Shown here in pieces: positions 48,561-59,805 of a stretch of 64,000 nucleotides of DNA. The first letter of the stretch is position 1; each line of letters opens with the position of its first letter. The DNA lies in contig OY969807.1 in assembly GCA_963703285.1 (NCBI GenBank), positions 1,632,001-1,696,000 on the forward strand, in the 5' to 3' direction. Made by a program: the position numbers and the translations under genes. The notes beneath the pieces were generated by a model that was not told the DNA's origin, made no database searches, and saw nothing but the letters and a program-made list of their open reading frames with translations. The DNA comes from an uncultured Nitrososphaerota archaeon (lineage in GTDB: Archaea > Thermoproteota > Nitrososphaeria > Nitrososphaerales > Gagatemarchaeaceae).

Positions 48561-51500
48561 ATGCCCTTCTCAGCCGAGGCGTCTTGGGAGCGCACCAAAC
48601 GCCTTACGGCGTTCCCCCCTCACCTAGACGATTACTACAAGGGCATACTGGCCGAATACGAGTCTACCTTCAACGCGGCCGAGAAGGCGAAGGCCAAGGG
48701 GCTCGACCCGAACGAGTTCGTAGAGTCTAAGGCTGTCTTCGATCTGGCTGACCGAGTCAACCAGATGCTCGGCCTGACCCAATTCGAGGGTCTGGCAGAG
48801 AGACTGCGCGAACTCCTGAAATCCACTTCGAAAGAGAGAGCGACCCTGACCATAGCAGAGGAGATAGCCCTTGGAAAGTTCGGGCCGATGAAGGTCGAAC
48901 AGGCGCTGGATCAGGCGGTACGGGCAGGGCTCGCGGTCATCACGGACGGCGTGACGGTGGCGCCGGTCCAGGGCATCTACACGGTATCGATCAAGAGGAA
49001 CGACGACAACAGCGAGTACGCCTCGATCTCCTACGCGGGTCCCATACGCTCGGCCGGAGGGACCGAAGCCGCGCTATCGGTTCTGATCGGGGACGTCGTG
49101 GCGAAGAAGCTGGGCCTCTCTCCGTACAGGGCGCGAAGAAGAGATCGGGCGGTACATCGAAGAGCTACGAGTGTACGAGCGCGAGGTGGGCAACTTCCAG
49201 TACAGGGTCACCGACGAAGACGTGCGCGTCGCCATTTCGAACCTCCCCGTCGAGATCGACGGAGTGGAGACGGACCCCGTCGAAGTTGTCGTACACCGCA
49301 ACCTCAAGAGGGTGAACACCGACAGGGTCAGGGGCGGAGCGCTCAGGGTGCTCAACGACGGAATCATCGGGCGCGCCCACAAGATATCCAAGGTCCTCCG
49401 CATACTAGAGATACCAGGCTGGGAATGGCTGTCCCAGCTCAAGGGCGGAAAGCAGGAGTCCACCAACGAGACAGAGAAGGCCGGCGCCCACTTCGAGGAG
49501 GTCATCTCGGGCCGCGCCGTTCTTTCCTCGCACGAGGCCAGAGGGGGTTTCAGGATCAGGTACGGCAGGGCCGTCAACACCGGGCTCTCCACCCTGGGCA
49601 TCCATCCGGCGCTCGCCACCCTGCTCGACGACGCCGTCGTCGCCGGGACCCAAGTGAAGGTGGACACGCCGGGCAAGTCAGCGACGATAGCCTTCGTGGA
49701 CTCGCTAGAGGGTCCGACCGTCGCGCTGCGCGACGGCTCCGTACGAAGGATAAACACGGTGAAGGAGGCGGAGGCGTTCCACGACCGGGTGCTCCGCATC
49801 ATCGACCTCGGGGATGCGCTGATCAGTTTCGGCGATTTCCTTGAGAACAACAAGACCATCCAGCCCTCTCCTTACGTGCAGGAATGGTGGCTGCAAGACC
49901 TCGAGCGCGCCCTCGGTGGCCGCGAGAATGCCGGGGTCGAGGCGACTACAATCCCGAGCGCGAGGATGGCAGAGATCCGGACCGGCGGTCTCCCGACGGC
50001 TCAGGAGGCGTTGGAGATATCCGAAGACCTGGACATACCAATCAACCCATACTACAACCCGCGCTTCGACAGGCTCTCGGTGTCCGACCTCAAGACCCTG
50101 AGGAGCTGCATGAACCTCGCCGGTCGCGAGATAAGGATAGAGATCGCGTCGAATCAGACAGAGGCGATGTTACGGAGCCTCTTGGTCCCGTACACGCGTC
50201 AGGCCGACACGGCCATCATAGATGGAGAGACGGCGCTCGTTCTCACCAGGCTGTTGCGACTGGGCGAGAACACAGATTCCGAGGCCGAATATGAGAACAC
50301 GCTGGAGATGGTGAAGAAGACCTCAGGAATCCGAGTGACCCATCAGACGACAGCCACGGTCGGGATGCGCGTTGGCAGGCCGGAGAAGGCCATGCTGAGA
50401 CACCTGAAACCACCCGTCCACGTCCTCTTTCCGGTCGGCACCGGAGGCGGCACCACGAGGGACCTGCTGCTGGCTGCCAAGCAGGGGACCGTCCCGATCG
50501 ACGTCGTGAACGTGATATGCCCTTCGTGCGGGCAGCGGAAGCTCTCTAGCAAGTGCCAGGAATGCAGCGAAGCCACGATACGCTTTCTCAGCTGTCCGAG
50601 GTGCGGTCAGATCCTGAAGGAGGAGAGGACCTGTCCGAATTGCAAGGTTGACGGGGTCAGGCACTCGAGCTATGGATATGACCTCAAGGGTGGAATGGAA
50701 CGTGCGCTCCGGAGGGTGCCCGACCTAGGCCAGAAGCCTATCAAAGGTGTCCGTGGGCTGTCGAGCGAGTCGAAATTCTGCGAGCTGATAGAGAAGGGCG
50801 CCCTGCGAAGCAAACACGACATCTACGTCTACAAGGACGGGACGACCAGGATAGACCTCACGAACGCGACGCTCACGCACTTCCGCCCGCGGGACGTCCA
50901 CGGCGACGTGGAGAAGCTCAGGTCACTCGGTTACACAAGCGACGTGCACCAAGAGCCCCTGACCAGTCCGGACCAGATACTCGAACTCAAACCCCAGGAC
51001 ATCATCATCCCTGAGAACATAGCGGCCGACCTCGTCAGGATTGCAAAGTTCGCCGACGAGGAACTGGAGACAATCTACAGCCTCGAGAGAGTCTACAACA
51101 TAGCCGGCGTCTCGGACCTCCTCGGCAGGATTGCGGTCGGGCTGGCTCCCCACACCTCCGTCGGCGTCGTCGGGAGGATAGTCGGTTTCACGAACGCTCA
51201 GGTCTGCTTCGCAAACCCATGCTGGCACGCGGCAAAGAGGAGAGACTGCGACGGCGACGGTGACTCTCTCCTGCTTCTCCTCGACGTGCTGCTGAACTTC
51301 TCTGTCGAGTTCATCCCCAACCAGATAGGCGGCCTGATGGACACACCCTTGCTGATTCAGCCGATTCTGCTGCCGGCGGAAGTGGACGACCAGGCCCACA
51401 ACTTCGACATATCTTGGAGGTACCCGCTGGAGTTCTACCAGCTAAGCCTGGAGTCACCCAACCCATCAAAGGTCTCGCCCCTCATTGAGCGGATAGGCGA

Positions 51501-52008
51501 CAGGCTCAACAAGGAGGGACAGCTCTCCGGCTACGGCTTCACCAATCCCACCGAATCGATAACCATCAGGCACTCTCGGAGCGCATATCCAACACTGACC
51601 AGCCTCAACGAGAAGATATCCAAGCAGATTGAGGTAGCGGAGAAAATCGAGGCCGTCTCGACCAAGGAAGTGGTCGAATCGATAATCAAGACCCACCTAA
51701 TCAGAGACATAATGGGCAACACAAAGAAGTACGCCACCCAATCGTTCAAGTGCAGAGGGTGCGGGCGGTCCTTCAGGAGGCCGACCATATCGGGCAGGTG
51801 CGACGTGTGCGGCGAGGAGCTTAGGGAGACCCTGACGCGGGGCTCGGTGGAGAAGTACCTATCCCTCGCAAGGAAGCTCGCCAACGACTACGACGTCGAC
51901 GACTACATCAAGGGCCGGCTTGACCTCCTCGTCAGGGAGCTAAACCAGTTGTTTGACGAGCGCGAACGTTCGACTCAGCTCGAGCTGACGGACTTCAACC
52001 CCGCCTGA
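48561..52008 (+). CDS. polC: DNA polymerase D large subunit (DP2), apparent frameshift near 49132
   Basis: YAGPIRSAGGTEAA, GMRVGRPEKA, HAAKRRDCDGDGD, Zn fingers; two ORFs join at YRAR/EEEIGRYIEE. Confidence 0.93.
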
Positions 52009-53300
52009 TTATAGAAGTACGCAGGCGTATCCTTGAACGAGTAGTGGACGTCCTGGTGCGACTTGCGCAGCCTCCGGACGCGCCGCTTGACCTCTGCCCC
52101 GTCCTCCGAGCCCAGAGCCAGGTGAAGGATGTCTGCCACCTCGCGCATCTCGTCCTTCTTCATTCCCAGCCTAGTTAACTCAGAGACACCCAACCTTACG
52201 CCGCCAGGGTTCGTGTAGTGCCTCCCCGCCTGCAGGTCGCCGGGCAGCAGCTGCCTGTTAGCTATTATGTTCATGGATTCGAGCTTCTTCTCGACCAGCC
52301 CCCCATCCCCATATCGGGTCACGTCGAGGGCGACCTGGTGGGATTTGGTGAAGCCTGCCTTCTCCCCGATCACGACCTCGCCGAGTTCCGAGAGCCGTTC
52401 GGCGAGGGCCAGGGCGTTCCCCGTGACGTCCCTCGCGTAAGCTCGACCGTATTGCAGGAACTCCGCGAACGTCATCGCCTTGGCGGCGACGTTGTGGAGG
52501 TGGTGGTTGCTGGAGGTTCCCGGGAAGACGGCCTTCTTCAAGCTCTCGCCGTACTGCGCCTTCGCCACGATGGCGCCCCCCTGAGGACCGAAGAGGGTTT
52601 TGTGCGTGCTGAAGGTCATCAGGTCGGCTCCTTCACGGAGAGGGTCCTGGAACTGCCTTCCCGCGATGAGGCCCGCGACGTGCGCAGCGTCATAGCACGG
52701 GACGGCTCCGGCGTCCCTGATGGCCTCGCTCAGTTCGCGCACAGGCTGCGGGAAGAGGAGGAGGCTCCCTCCAAACATGACTATCTTCAGCTTCCCTCCG
52801 GCCTTGAGAGCCCTCAGTTTCTTCTTGGTCTCATCGACATCGATGTTCATGCTCTCCCTGTCGAACGAGAAGTACTCTATCTGCAGACCGTGCACCAGGC
52901 CGGCCGTACCTGAGAAATCCTTCTTCGCGGCGGAGACGTGACCACCGTTGGGGATGGAAAGGGCCATCAAGGTGTCGTTGGGGTCGGAGAGCGCGGAGTA
53001 GAGGGCGAGGTTCGCGCAGGCTCCTGAGACGGGCCTGACATCGACGAATTCCGCCCTGAAGAGCTTCTTGGCCAGATCGATGGCGAGCAGCTCGATTTGG
53101 TCGATGTATCTGCAACCGGCATACACCCTCTCGCCCGGCCATCCTTCGGCGTACCGCTGCCCAAGGTCGGAGGAAAGAACCTCCCTGACTCCGCGCGAGG
53201 CAACGTTCTCGCTTGCGACGAGCGGGAGGCTCTCGGAGAACCACCTCTCATGGTCGTTCACCAGACGAGCGATTTTCCTGAAATCAGAGGCATAGGACAT
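51975..53300 (-). CDS. glyA: Serine hydroxymethyltransferase
   Basis: LVASEN, YAEGWPGERVYAGC, STHKTLFGPQGG. Confidence 0.94.
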   Translation of the reverse strand: MSYASDFRKIARLVNDHERWFSESLPLVASENVASRGVREVLSSDLGQRYAEGWPGERVYAGCRYIDQIELLAIDLAKKLFRAEFVDVRPVSGACANLALYSALSDPNDTLMALSIPNGGHVSAAKKDFSGTAGLVHGLQIEYFSFDRESMNIDVDETKKKLRALKAGGKLKIVMFGGSLLLFPQPVRELSEAIRDAGAVPCYDAAHVAGLIAGRQFQDPLREGADLMTFSTHKTLFGPQGGAIVAKAQYGESLKKAVFPGTSSNHHLHNVAAKAMTFAEFLQYGRAYARDVTGNALALAERLSELGEVVIGEKAGFTKSHQVALDVTRYGDGGLVEKKLESMNIIANRQLLPGDLQAGRHYTNPGGVRLGVSELTRLGMKKDEMREVADILHLALGSEDGAEVKRRVRRLRKSHQDVHYSFKDTPAYFYNQAGLKSVSSS

Positions 53301-53420
53301 AGGGTCCCTCCAACCCCAATTTCGCTAATTATGTCTTTGCGGAAGGGATGGTAAATTTTCTGCACAACGTATTTAGAAGGGTCCTGCGACCACCGGAACG
53401 AGCGTAGGGAGCGACCAACA

Positions 53421-53585
53421 ATGAGCAACAAGAAGAAGAACGCGCCGATGCCCGCATCCAGCGCAGGTCTACTGCGCTTCTTCGAAGACGAGACTGAAGG
53501 AGTGAAGATAGCGCCGCAGTTCGTGCTGGGCGCGTGCATGGCTCTGATCATCGGCTCCATAATAATCAATCTGCTCTTCAGGTAG
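53421..53585 (+). CDS. secG: Preprotein translocase subunit Sec61beta/SecG (absent from ORF track)
   Basis: MPASSAGLLRFFEDETEGVKIAP plus TM. Confidence 0.9.
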   Translation: MSNKKKNAPMPASSAGLLRFFEDETEGVKIAPQFVLGACMALIIGSIIINLLFR

Positions 53586-53591
53586 GTCCAA

Positions 53592-55340
53592 CTGTACGGG
53601 GAATCAACGGACCAGCTAGCACGGAGATACAGACATCTCTTCATCCTGCCTTCGTTCGCCGTCTCCTTCCTGATGGTCGTCGGCGCGAGCGCGGCTCTTA
53701 TGGGGCTGACATATCTCGCCAGACAGACTTCGCCGGCCGTCGCTGCCGCTGGGGTCCTGGCCCCGCTCGTCGCAGGATTCCTGGCGGCTGGCCTGATCCG
53801 AATCATCGATCATAGGTCAATCGCGTCCTCCAGGAGGCTCTTCGGTCTGTTCTTCGTGTCCACAGTGATCTGGATCGTACCCTTGGTAATCGGGCTGGTC
53901 GCAGCTGACTTTGGGCTGACCAGCGCGGGCATCAACGAGTTCGTGTTCGGAGCGTTCCTAGCGTGGGGGTTCGAAACCATCGTAATCAACGGAGCCTTCA
54001 TCGCCAGCTCCCCCACGAGCCTGGCGCTAGGCGCGATACACCCCATCCCAATCCTGCTCATCGTGCTGTCCGCTACGGGGCACCTGTACCTCTACCCGGC
54101 CGTGACCGGGTTGCTGGCCATGGCGCTGATGATGGCATTCCTGCTCAGGCTCGAGGGCCTGAAGACAAGGCGCGGGGTGCCTGCATTGCGGCTCCTTCGG
54201 GCCTTCCTCAAGACCTGGGTGGGTCACAATCCCGAAGACCTTGAAGGATACTTCTCGAGCTACGCAAACAAGGAACGAGTGGCCACCGACGTCATGGTGG
54301 CAGAAGGCGGGCAGAACAAGGTCGTCTTCGTGCTACCAGGCGTACACCCAGGTCCCTTCTACCCTGTGGGGAGTTACAACCTCTCAGAACTAATCTACCG
54401 CGCCCTCGCCGACGAGGGGGCAAGTCCGGTCGTGCTTCACGGGACGGGCGGGCACGAGAGGAACACGCCGGCAAACAGCCAGGCTGCGTCATATGCCGCC
54501 GAGATTTCAGGCTTCGTCAGCTCCCTCAACGCTTCCGAGCGCATGATGAGGGGCCCCGTGTACGACAAAATCGGGATAACCAACATAACCTCCATGGCGT
54601 TCGGAAAAGGAATCCTGTCAATCCTCTCCAACTCGCCCTTTCTCTCCGACGATCTCGATCCAAAGACCATAACCGAAGCCTCGGACGTAGCGTCGAAGCT
54701 CGGGTTCACCCTCTCCATGATCGACGCCCACAACTCGGTGGACGGCGAAAGTCGCCCCCAGACGCAGATAACAAAAGACGCCTGGGAGGCCATGTTCACG
54801 AGGCTCTTGGCGCTTCCGGAGAGGGCGTTCAGCATCGGCTTCGCGAGCTCGACCAAGACAAACCTGAAGCTAGGTCCCGATGTCAGCGAAGGTGGAATCA
54901 ACGTCGCCCTCTTCTCCACCCAGGAGTCCAAGAACGCGCTCGTGTGTGCGGACTCCAACAACGCGGTGTCATGTCTGCGGGAAAGAATCGCGGAGGCACT
55001 TGGGAAGGATGGGATAGGGTTCCTCGAACTTTGCACCTCTGACACTCATAGTTCGGCGGCGCGGGGCCTTACGGACAGAGGCTACCTAGCGCTGGGCGAA
55101 GGCACCGGGATGGACGCTGTGATAGAAGCGGTAAGCAAGCTCGCCGGCATAGCGGAGAGCAACATCGCTCCCTGTGACTTCGTTCTCGCCCGGTTCGAGA
55201 CCGAGACGCCCCTCATCGGCTCGGAATCGCTCGACGAGTTTGCAGGACTGACCAAGAACGCGATATCATATTCCAAGACCTACGCGAAGCTGCTCGGCCT
55301 GACCATCGTCGTTCTGGCTGCCATAACACTCTTTTACTGA
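53592..55340 (+). CDS. DUF2070 family membrane protein
   Basis: VHPGPF..VGSYNL, IDAHN, DSNN, CTSDTH; frame extends to CTG at 53592. Confidence 0.85.
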   Translation: MYGESTDQLARRYRHLFILPSFAVSFLMVVGASAALMGLTYLARQTSPAVAAAGVLAPLVAGFLAAGLIRIIDHRSIASSRRLFGLFFVSTVIWIVPLVIGLVAADFGLTSAGINEFVFGAFLAWGFETIVINGAFIASSPTSLALGAIHPIPILLIVLSATGHLYLYPAVTGLLAMALMMAFLLRLEGLKTRRGVPALRLLRAFLKTWVGHNPEDLEGYFSSYANKERVATDVMVAEGGQNKVVFVLPGVHPGPFYPVGSYNLSELIYRALADEGASPVVLHGTGGHERNTPANSQAASYAAEISGFVSSLNASERMMRGPVYDKIGITNITSMAFGKGILSILSNSPFLSDDLDPKTITEASDVASKLGFTLSMIDAHNSVDGESRPQTQITKDAWEAMFTRLLALPERAFSIGFASSTKTNLKLGPDVSEGGINVALFSTQESKNALVCADSNNAVSCLRERIAEALGKDGIGFLELCTSDTHSSAARGLTDRGYLALGEGTGMDAVIEAVSKLAGIAESNIAPCDFVLARFETETPLIGSESLDEFAGLTKNAISYSKTYAKLLGLTIVVLAAITLFY

Positions 55341-55360
55341 AGACGGCCGAGTCGAGCTCG

Positions 55361-55975
55361 TTGAATCGCAAGGGGCGAATAGTCGCGATAGAGGGAATAG
55401 ATGCCGTAGGAAAGCAAACACAGAGCCTCCTCTTGCAGACGTGGCTGAAGAACCAGGGCCGTAACGCAGCGTCACTCTCCTTCCCCGATTACGGGACCCA
55501 GATTGGGAAGGAGATCAGGTCCTTCCTGGCTGGCAAGAGAGACTACGGAGCCGAGGTAAGGCACATGCTTTTCGCGGCCAACAGGTGGGAGAAGGTGCCA
55601 TTGATCAGGGAGTTCCAAACCGAGAACGAAGTAGTCATCGTCAACAGGTACACCGAATCGAACCTAGCCTACGGCGTCGCGAACGGGCTGCGCCTCGAAT
55701 GGCTGGTCGCGCTGGAGGAAGGCATGCCGAAATCAGACTTGGTGATAGTCCTCGACGCCCCATCCGCCAGCCTAATCTCGAGGAGGCGCGGCCCGAAGGA
55801 TTCCTACGAGAAGGACCGGAGGCTGCAGGCACGCGTCCAGACGTCCTACAGGGAGCTCGCGACGGAGTTTGGCTGGGTAATCATCGACGGGTCTAGGAGC
55901 GTGAAATCGGTGCACAACTCGATAGTGGAAGTCGTGACTGACAGCATCGGGAAACCACGGGGAGCGAGAGCATGA
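55361..55975 (+). CDS. tmk: Thymidylate kinase
   Basis: IEGIDAVGKQTQ, FAANRWE, NRYTESNLAYG. Confidence 0.92.
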   Translation: MNRKGRIVAIEGIDAVGKQTQSLLLQTWLKNQGRNAASLSFPDYGTQIGKEIRSFLAGKRDYGAEVRHMLFAANRWEKVPLIREFQTENEVVIVNRYTESNLAYGVANGLRLEWLVALEEGMPKSDLVIVLDAPSASLISRRRGPKDSYEKDRRLQARVQTSYRELATEFGWVIIDGSRSVKSVHNSIVEVVTDSIGKPRGARA

Positions 55976-57264
55976 CCCTCCGATACGTGGCAGAGATCAG
56001 GGACCCAGTGCACGGGTACATCAGAATCACCCAAGTGGAACGCGCCGTGATAGATTCGCCTTTCGTTCAGAGGCTGAGGAGGATTCACCAGTTGGCCGGC
56101 GCGTACATGGTCTACCCCGGCGGGGTCCACAGCAGATTCGAGCACGTGTTGGGAACGATGCACGTGGCGGGACTGATAGCGGAGTCGATCGCTGACAAGG
56201 TGGACCTCGACGAAGGACAGATACAGGAACTCAGGCTCGCCGCTCTCTTGCACGACGTGGGCCACGGACCGTTCTCGCATCTCTTCGAGGAGGTGCTCAC
56301 CGAAAAGACCGGCCTCACTCACGAGGACATGTCCCAGCGGATAGTCATCGAATCAGACATCAAGGGGATACTCGAGAAACAGGGGATATCCTCGAAAGAG
56401 ATGTCACAGCTCTGCGTCGGGAAGAAGAAGGCCCAGCCCTTCATGAACGAGGTGATAGCCGGCGGCCTGAGTGCCGACATCATGGACTACTTGCTCAGAG
56501 ACTCATACTTCACAGGTGTCGAGTACGGCAAGGTGGACATCCGTCGCGTGATCGACTCGCTTGACGTGATGGACGGCCACATGGTCCTCGACCAGGCCGC
56601 TCTGTACGCCTTCGAGGCCCTCCTCATCGCCAGATACGAGATGTTCAAGGCGGTCTACTTCCACAGGACCGTCAGGGCGGCGGAATTGATGCTCGCTCAC
56701 TCGATGGCCCTAGCCGACGAAGAGCTCGGACTCACAGACGTCTCAAGGATTGACAACTATCTGAAGCTGACCGACGAGGTGGTCGTCTATCGTCTCACCT
56801 CTCTTCGCCTCAAGAACCAGAGGCTACGGCTCGCACGAAAACTGGCCGAGAACTACAACAACAGAAAGCTCGTAAAATGCGTCTTTGAGAGGGTGATGCA
56901 GCGAAAGGACCGCGTCGTCGAGAGGATCTTCAGCCAAAAGAGGTTCAGGAACAAGCTCATCGAGGACATAGCCAGAGAGGCGAAGGTGGAGCCCGCCGAC
57001 GTCTACGTAGACGTCCCGACGACCCCCTCGGTGCCCCACACATATACGAGGGAGGCCTTTAACTCAATCACGCTCGTCTCGAACGACTTCAGCGGGAAGC
57101 ACACCGAGAAAATCTCGATCACGGAGCTCCCTCTGGTGGGGTCCATCACTGGCTTCACCGACGTCCTCCGAGTCTACTCCGTCCCGGACCACAGGGATAA
57201 GGTCGCGCGAGCGGTCCAGACGATATTCGGGAGGGAGGATTTCACTTCCCGGGTCTCTCTCTAA
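55972..57264 (+). CDS. HD-domain phosphohydrolase (dNTPase-like)
   Basis: RDPVHG, HSRFEH, LHDVGHGPFSH, DYLLRD. Confidence 0.9.
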   Translation: MTLRYVAEIRDPVHGYIRITQVERAVIDSPFVQRLRRIHQLAGAYMVYPGGVHSRFEHVLGTMHVAGLIAESIADKVDLDEGQIQELRLAALLHDVGHGPFSHLFEEVLTEKTGLTHEDMSQRIVIESDIKGILEKQGISSKEMSQLCVGKKKAQPFMNEVIAGGLSADIMDYLLRDSYFTGVEYGKVDIRRVIDSLDVMDGHMVLDQAALYAFEALLIARYEMFKAVYFHRTVRAAELMLAHSMALADEELGLTDVSRIDNYLKLTDEVVVYRLTSLRLKNQRLRLARKLAENYNNRKLVKCVFERVMQRKDRVVERIFSQKRFRNKLIEDIAREAKVEPADVYVDVPTTPSVPHTYTREAFNSITLVSNDFSGKHTEKISITELPLVGSITGFTDVLRVYSVPDHRDKVARAVQTIFGREDFTSRVSL

Positions 57265-57304
57265 CCTTGGTTTGCCCTAAAATACCCTGCCAGACTGCAA
57301 ACGC

Positions 57305-59164
57305 GTGGAAATCAACGAACTGTTCCCATACGCCTCCTTCAGGGAAGGACAGCGAGACCTCACAAGCTCGGTATACGAGGCTTGCAAAGACGGGAACAGA
57401 CTCGTCATCGAAGCAATGAGCGGCTTTGGGAAGACGGCCCCCGTTCTCACCGGGTCCGTCCTCGCGGCCGAGGAGGACGACAGCCGCGTGATTTACGCCT
57501 GCAGGACAAAGAGGCAGGTCTTCAGGGTGATGGAGGAGCTGGAGCGAATGCAGAGGAAGATCCCCCTGCGCACCACTTACCTGTTCTCCAAGAACGACTA
57601 CTGCCTGCTGAAGGAGACGTCCAAGTTCCCCGTCAGCCAGGAGTCCTTCAAGTGGTACTGCAGCTTCAACGTCACGAACAACCTCTGCTCCTACTTCCTG
57701 AACCTGAGCCTGGTGAGCAAGGAGGTCGATTCACTCGTGAGAGACTTCGGCTCTTCGGTGCGCCCCCACTCGAGCTTCCTTGAGACGTGCAGGGCCACCC
57801 ACGTCTGCCCCTACGAAGTCGCCCGTCTCGCCATAAGCAGCTCAAGGGTGCTGGTCACCACCTACCACTACCTCTTCGACGACGCGTCGAGATCAATCCT
57901 TCTGAACGGCGCTCGCTGGAGCCCTTCCGAGACGATCGTCGTCATAGACGAGGCACACAACCTCAGAGATTTCATGAGAGACTCATCCACCACCGAGCTT
58001 TCCTTTGCGGACATCGAACTCGCCTTGAGAGACTCTCGCGAACTCTACTTGGAACGGATCGAGAAATCCCTCGCCGAAATTCTGGAGTCAATCCGCGATT
58101 TCTGCGCCAGGGACGCGTCTTGGTACGTGGACAAGAACCGGTTTGTGGAGGGGATGGCCGGGTCGCACGACGCGACCTGGCTGCCAAACATCGCGTTCGA
58201 GCTCTCGACCTGCTCGGGTGTGGCATGGCAATCGATTGCGACGGGAAAGAACCTTCCAACCTCGATCACGCGAGTAGGCGACTTCCTGCGGGACCTTCTC
58301 TCCTCGATAGCGTTGGAGAAGACAATCCTTGCGAAGTCTGACAGAGCGCTGTTTCTCGTAAACACGGACACGTCAAACAGATTCCTCAGCTGCGTGCAGG
58401 GTTACAAGAGCCTGGTGTTGCTCTCTGCTACGATAAACCCCAGTGAGCTGTTCCTGAAGTCAATCGGCCTGGATGAGCGCACGCGGGTCCACAAGGTCAA
58501 TCCAGGCCGGACATTTCGAGTCAGGACGGTCATCGACGTAGGAGTCAGCACGCGTTTCAAGCTGCGAACGCCCGAGATGTTCCGCAGGATGTCAGACAAG
58601 ATAGCGGCGATATGCAACGCCGTCCAGGGAGGCGTAGGCATCTTCGCCCCCTCGTACGGGGTCCTCGAGTCGCTCCGGCCCCTCCTATTGAATCTGGGGA
58701 ACCGAAACCTATTGACCGAGTCTCGCAGCCTTGGCAACGTCGAGGCGGACGAGATGATGGAATCATTCAAGTCGAGTCCCGGTTCCATACTCCTCGCCGT
58801 CCAAGGAGCGCGCTTCTCAGAAGGAGAGGACTTCCCTGGGGAACAGATGGCCGCGTCCGTCATCGTAGGTCTCTCTCTACCTCCACCTTCCCCCACGATG
58901 TACGCAGAATACATCAGGTCCGGTTTCAGCAAGCACGACGCCTACCTGGTCATATCTTTGCTCCCCGCCGTGAGGAAGGCAATCCAATCAGCAGGGAGGC
59001 ACATGCGAAGCCCCGACAAGCGGGGGCTGGTCTTCCTACTTGACTCGAGATTCCACGACCAAGAGGTAATCGAGATGCTCCCGCATTGGCTCAAACAGGA
59101 CCTTCACGAAGGTGACTTCAAGCCCCTCGAAGTCGAACGAATCGTGAAGGAGTTCGCAATCTGA
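57305..59164 (+). CDS. XPD/Rad3/DinG family Fe-S helicase
   Basis: SGFGKT, Cys cluster, IDEAHN, SATI, QSAGR. Confidence 0.9.
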   Translation: MEINELFPYASFREGQRDLTSSVYEACKDGNRLVIEAMSGFGKTAPVLTGSVLAAEEDDSRVIYACRTKRQVFRVMEELERMQRKIPLRTTYLFSKNDYCLLKETSKFPVSQESFKWYCSFNVTNNLCSYFLNLSLVSKEVDSLVRDFGSSVRPHSSFLETCRATHVCPYEVARLAISSSRVLVTTYHYLFDDASRSILLNGARWSPSETIVVIDEAHNLRDFMRDSSTTELSFADIELALRDSRELYLERIEKSLAEILESIRDFCARDASWYVDKNRFVEGMAGSHDATWLPNIAFELSTCSGVAWQSIATGKNLPTSITRVGDFLRDLLSSIALEKTILAKSDRALFLVNTDTSNRFLSCVQGYKSLVLLSATINPSELFLKSIGLDERTRVHKVNPGRTFRVRTVIDVGVSTRFKLRTPEMFRRMSDKIAAICNAVQGGVGIFAPSYGVLESLRPLLLNLGNRNLLTESRSLGNVEADEMMESFKSSPGSILLAVQGARFSEGEDFPGEQMAASVIVGLSLPPPSPTMYAEYIRSGFSKHDAYLVISLLPAVRKAIQSAGRHMRSPDKRGLVFLLDSRFHDQEVIEMLPHWLKQDLHEGDFKPLEVERIVKEFAI

Positions 59165-59779
59165 CTAATTCGAACGTCGGTTGGGGGAGGTGCCCTTTCG
59201 AAAGGCTATCCTCTCCGCTGCACGCTGGTCCTTTGTCAGACCCTTGGACCTTATCCTGTTGATGGTCGTTCCCCTCTCATCGACGACCTCGACCCTGGCC
59301 TCAGGAAGTTGCTCCGTCATCGTCCTGATTATCCTCCTCGAAAGCTTCGGAGCTCCGTCTCCCACCTTGATTATGACTTCGGCGTGAGGTATGTTGCGCA
59401 CCAGGCTGACCACCTTCCACTGGAGCAGGTCGGGCGAGTTGACAGTGAATGAGCCCAGGGCGGAACCCCCATAGATGACCACGACCCCTATCCTCAAACC
59501 CGGATCCACGCCCACGAGGATGACCTGCCTGTCCTCTCTCAGGGTCTTCGACAGTATCTGCCCTTCCATGATCAGGGGGTTCTCGTCCAAGTCCTCTATC
59601 GGTATTGATACGACGCTGAAAAGCCCGAGCTCGTTCTTGGTTGTTATTATCGGCTCGGGGACCACATCGGCCACCTGGGAAGGCGTCAAGCTTACGAAAC
59701 TCAGGTTGGTCTCCTTCAACCTAGATAGAATCGAGTAGTATGCCCTGCTATCGGAGGTTGCGACGCCAACAACCTTCAT
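59165..59779 (-). CDS. Hypothetical protein with RNase H-like motif
   Basis: VGVDPG, VDERGTT. Confidence 0.75.
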   Translation of the reverse strand: MKVVGVATSDSRAYYSILSRLKETNLSFVSLTPSQVADVVPEPIITTKNELGLFSVVSIPIEDLDENPLIMEGQILSKTLREDRQVILVGVDPGLRIGVVVIYGGSALGSFTVNSPDLLQWKVVSLVRNIPHAEVIIKVGDGAPKLSRRIIRTMTEQLPEARVEVVDERGTTINRIRSKGLTKDQRAAERIAFRKGTSPNRRSN

Positions 59780-59805
59780 ATCTTCTGCCGGAACGCTCGC
59801 TCCTA

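Noticed and set aside
49125-49145. Programmed frameshift in PolD DP2
   Set aside because: No canonical slippery heptamer; similar indels in unrelated genes point to sequencing error.
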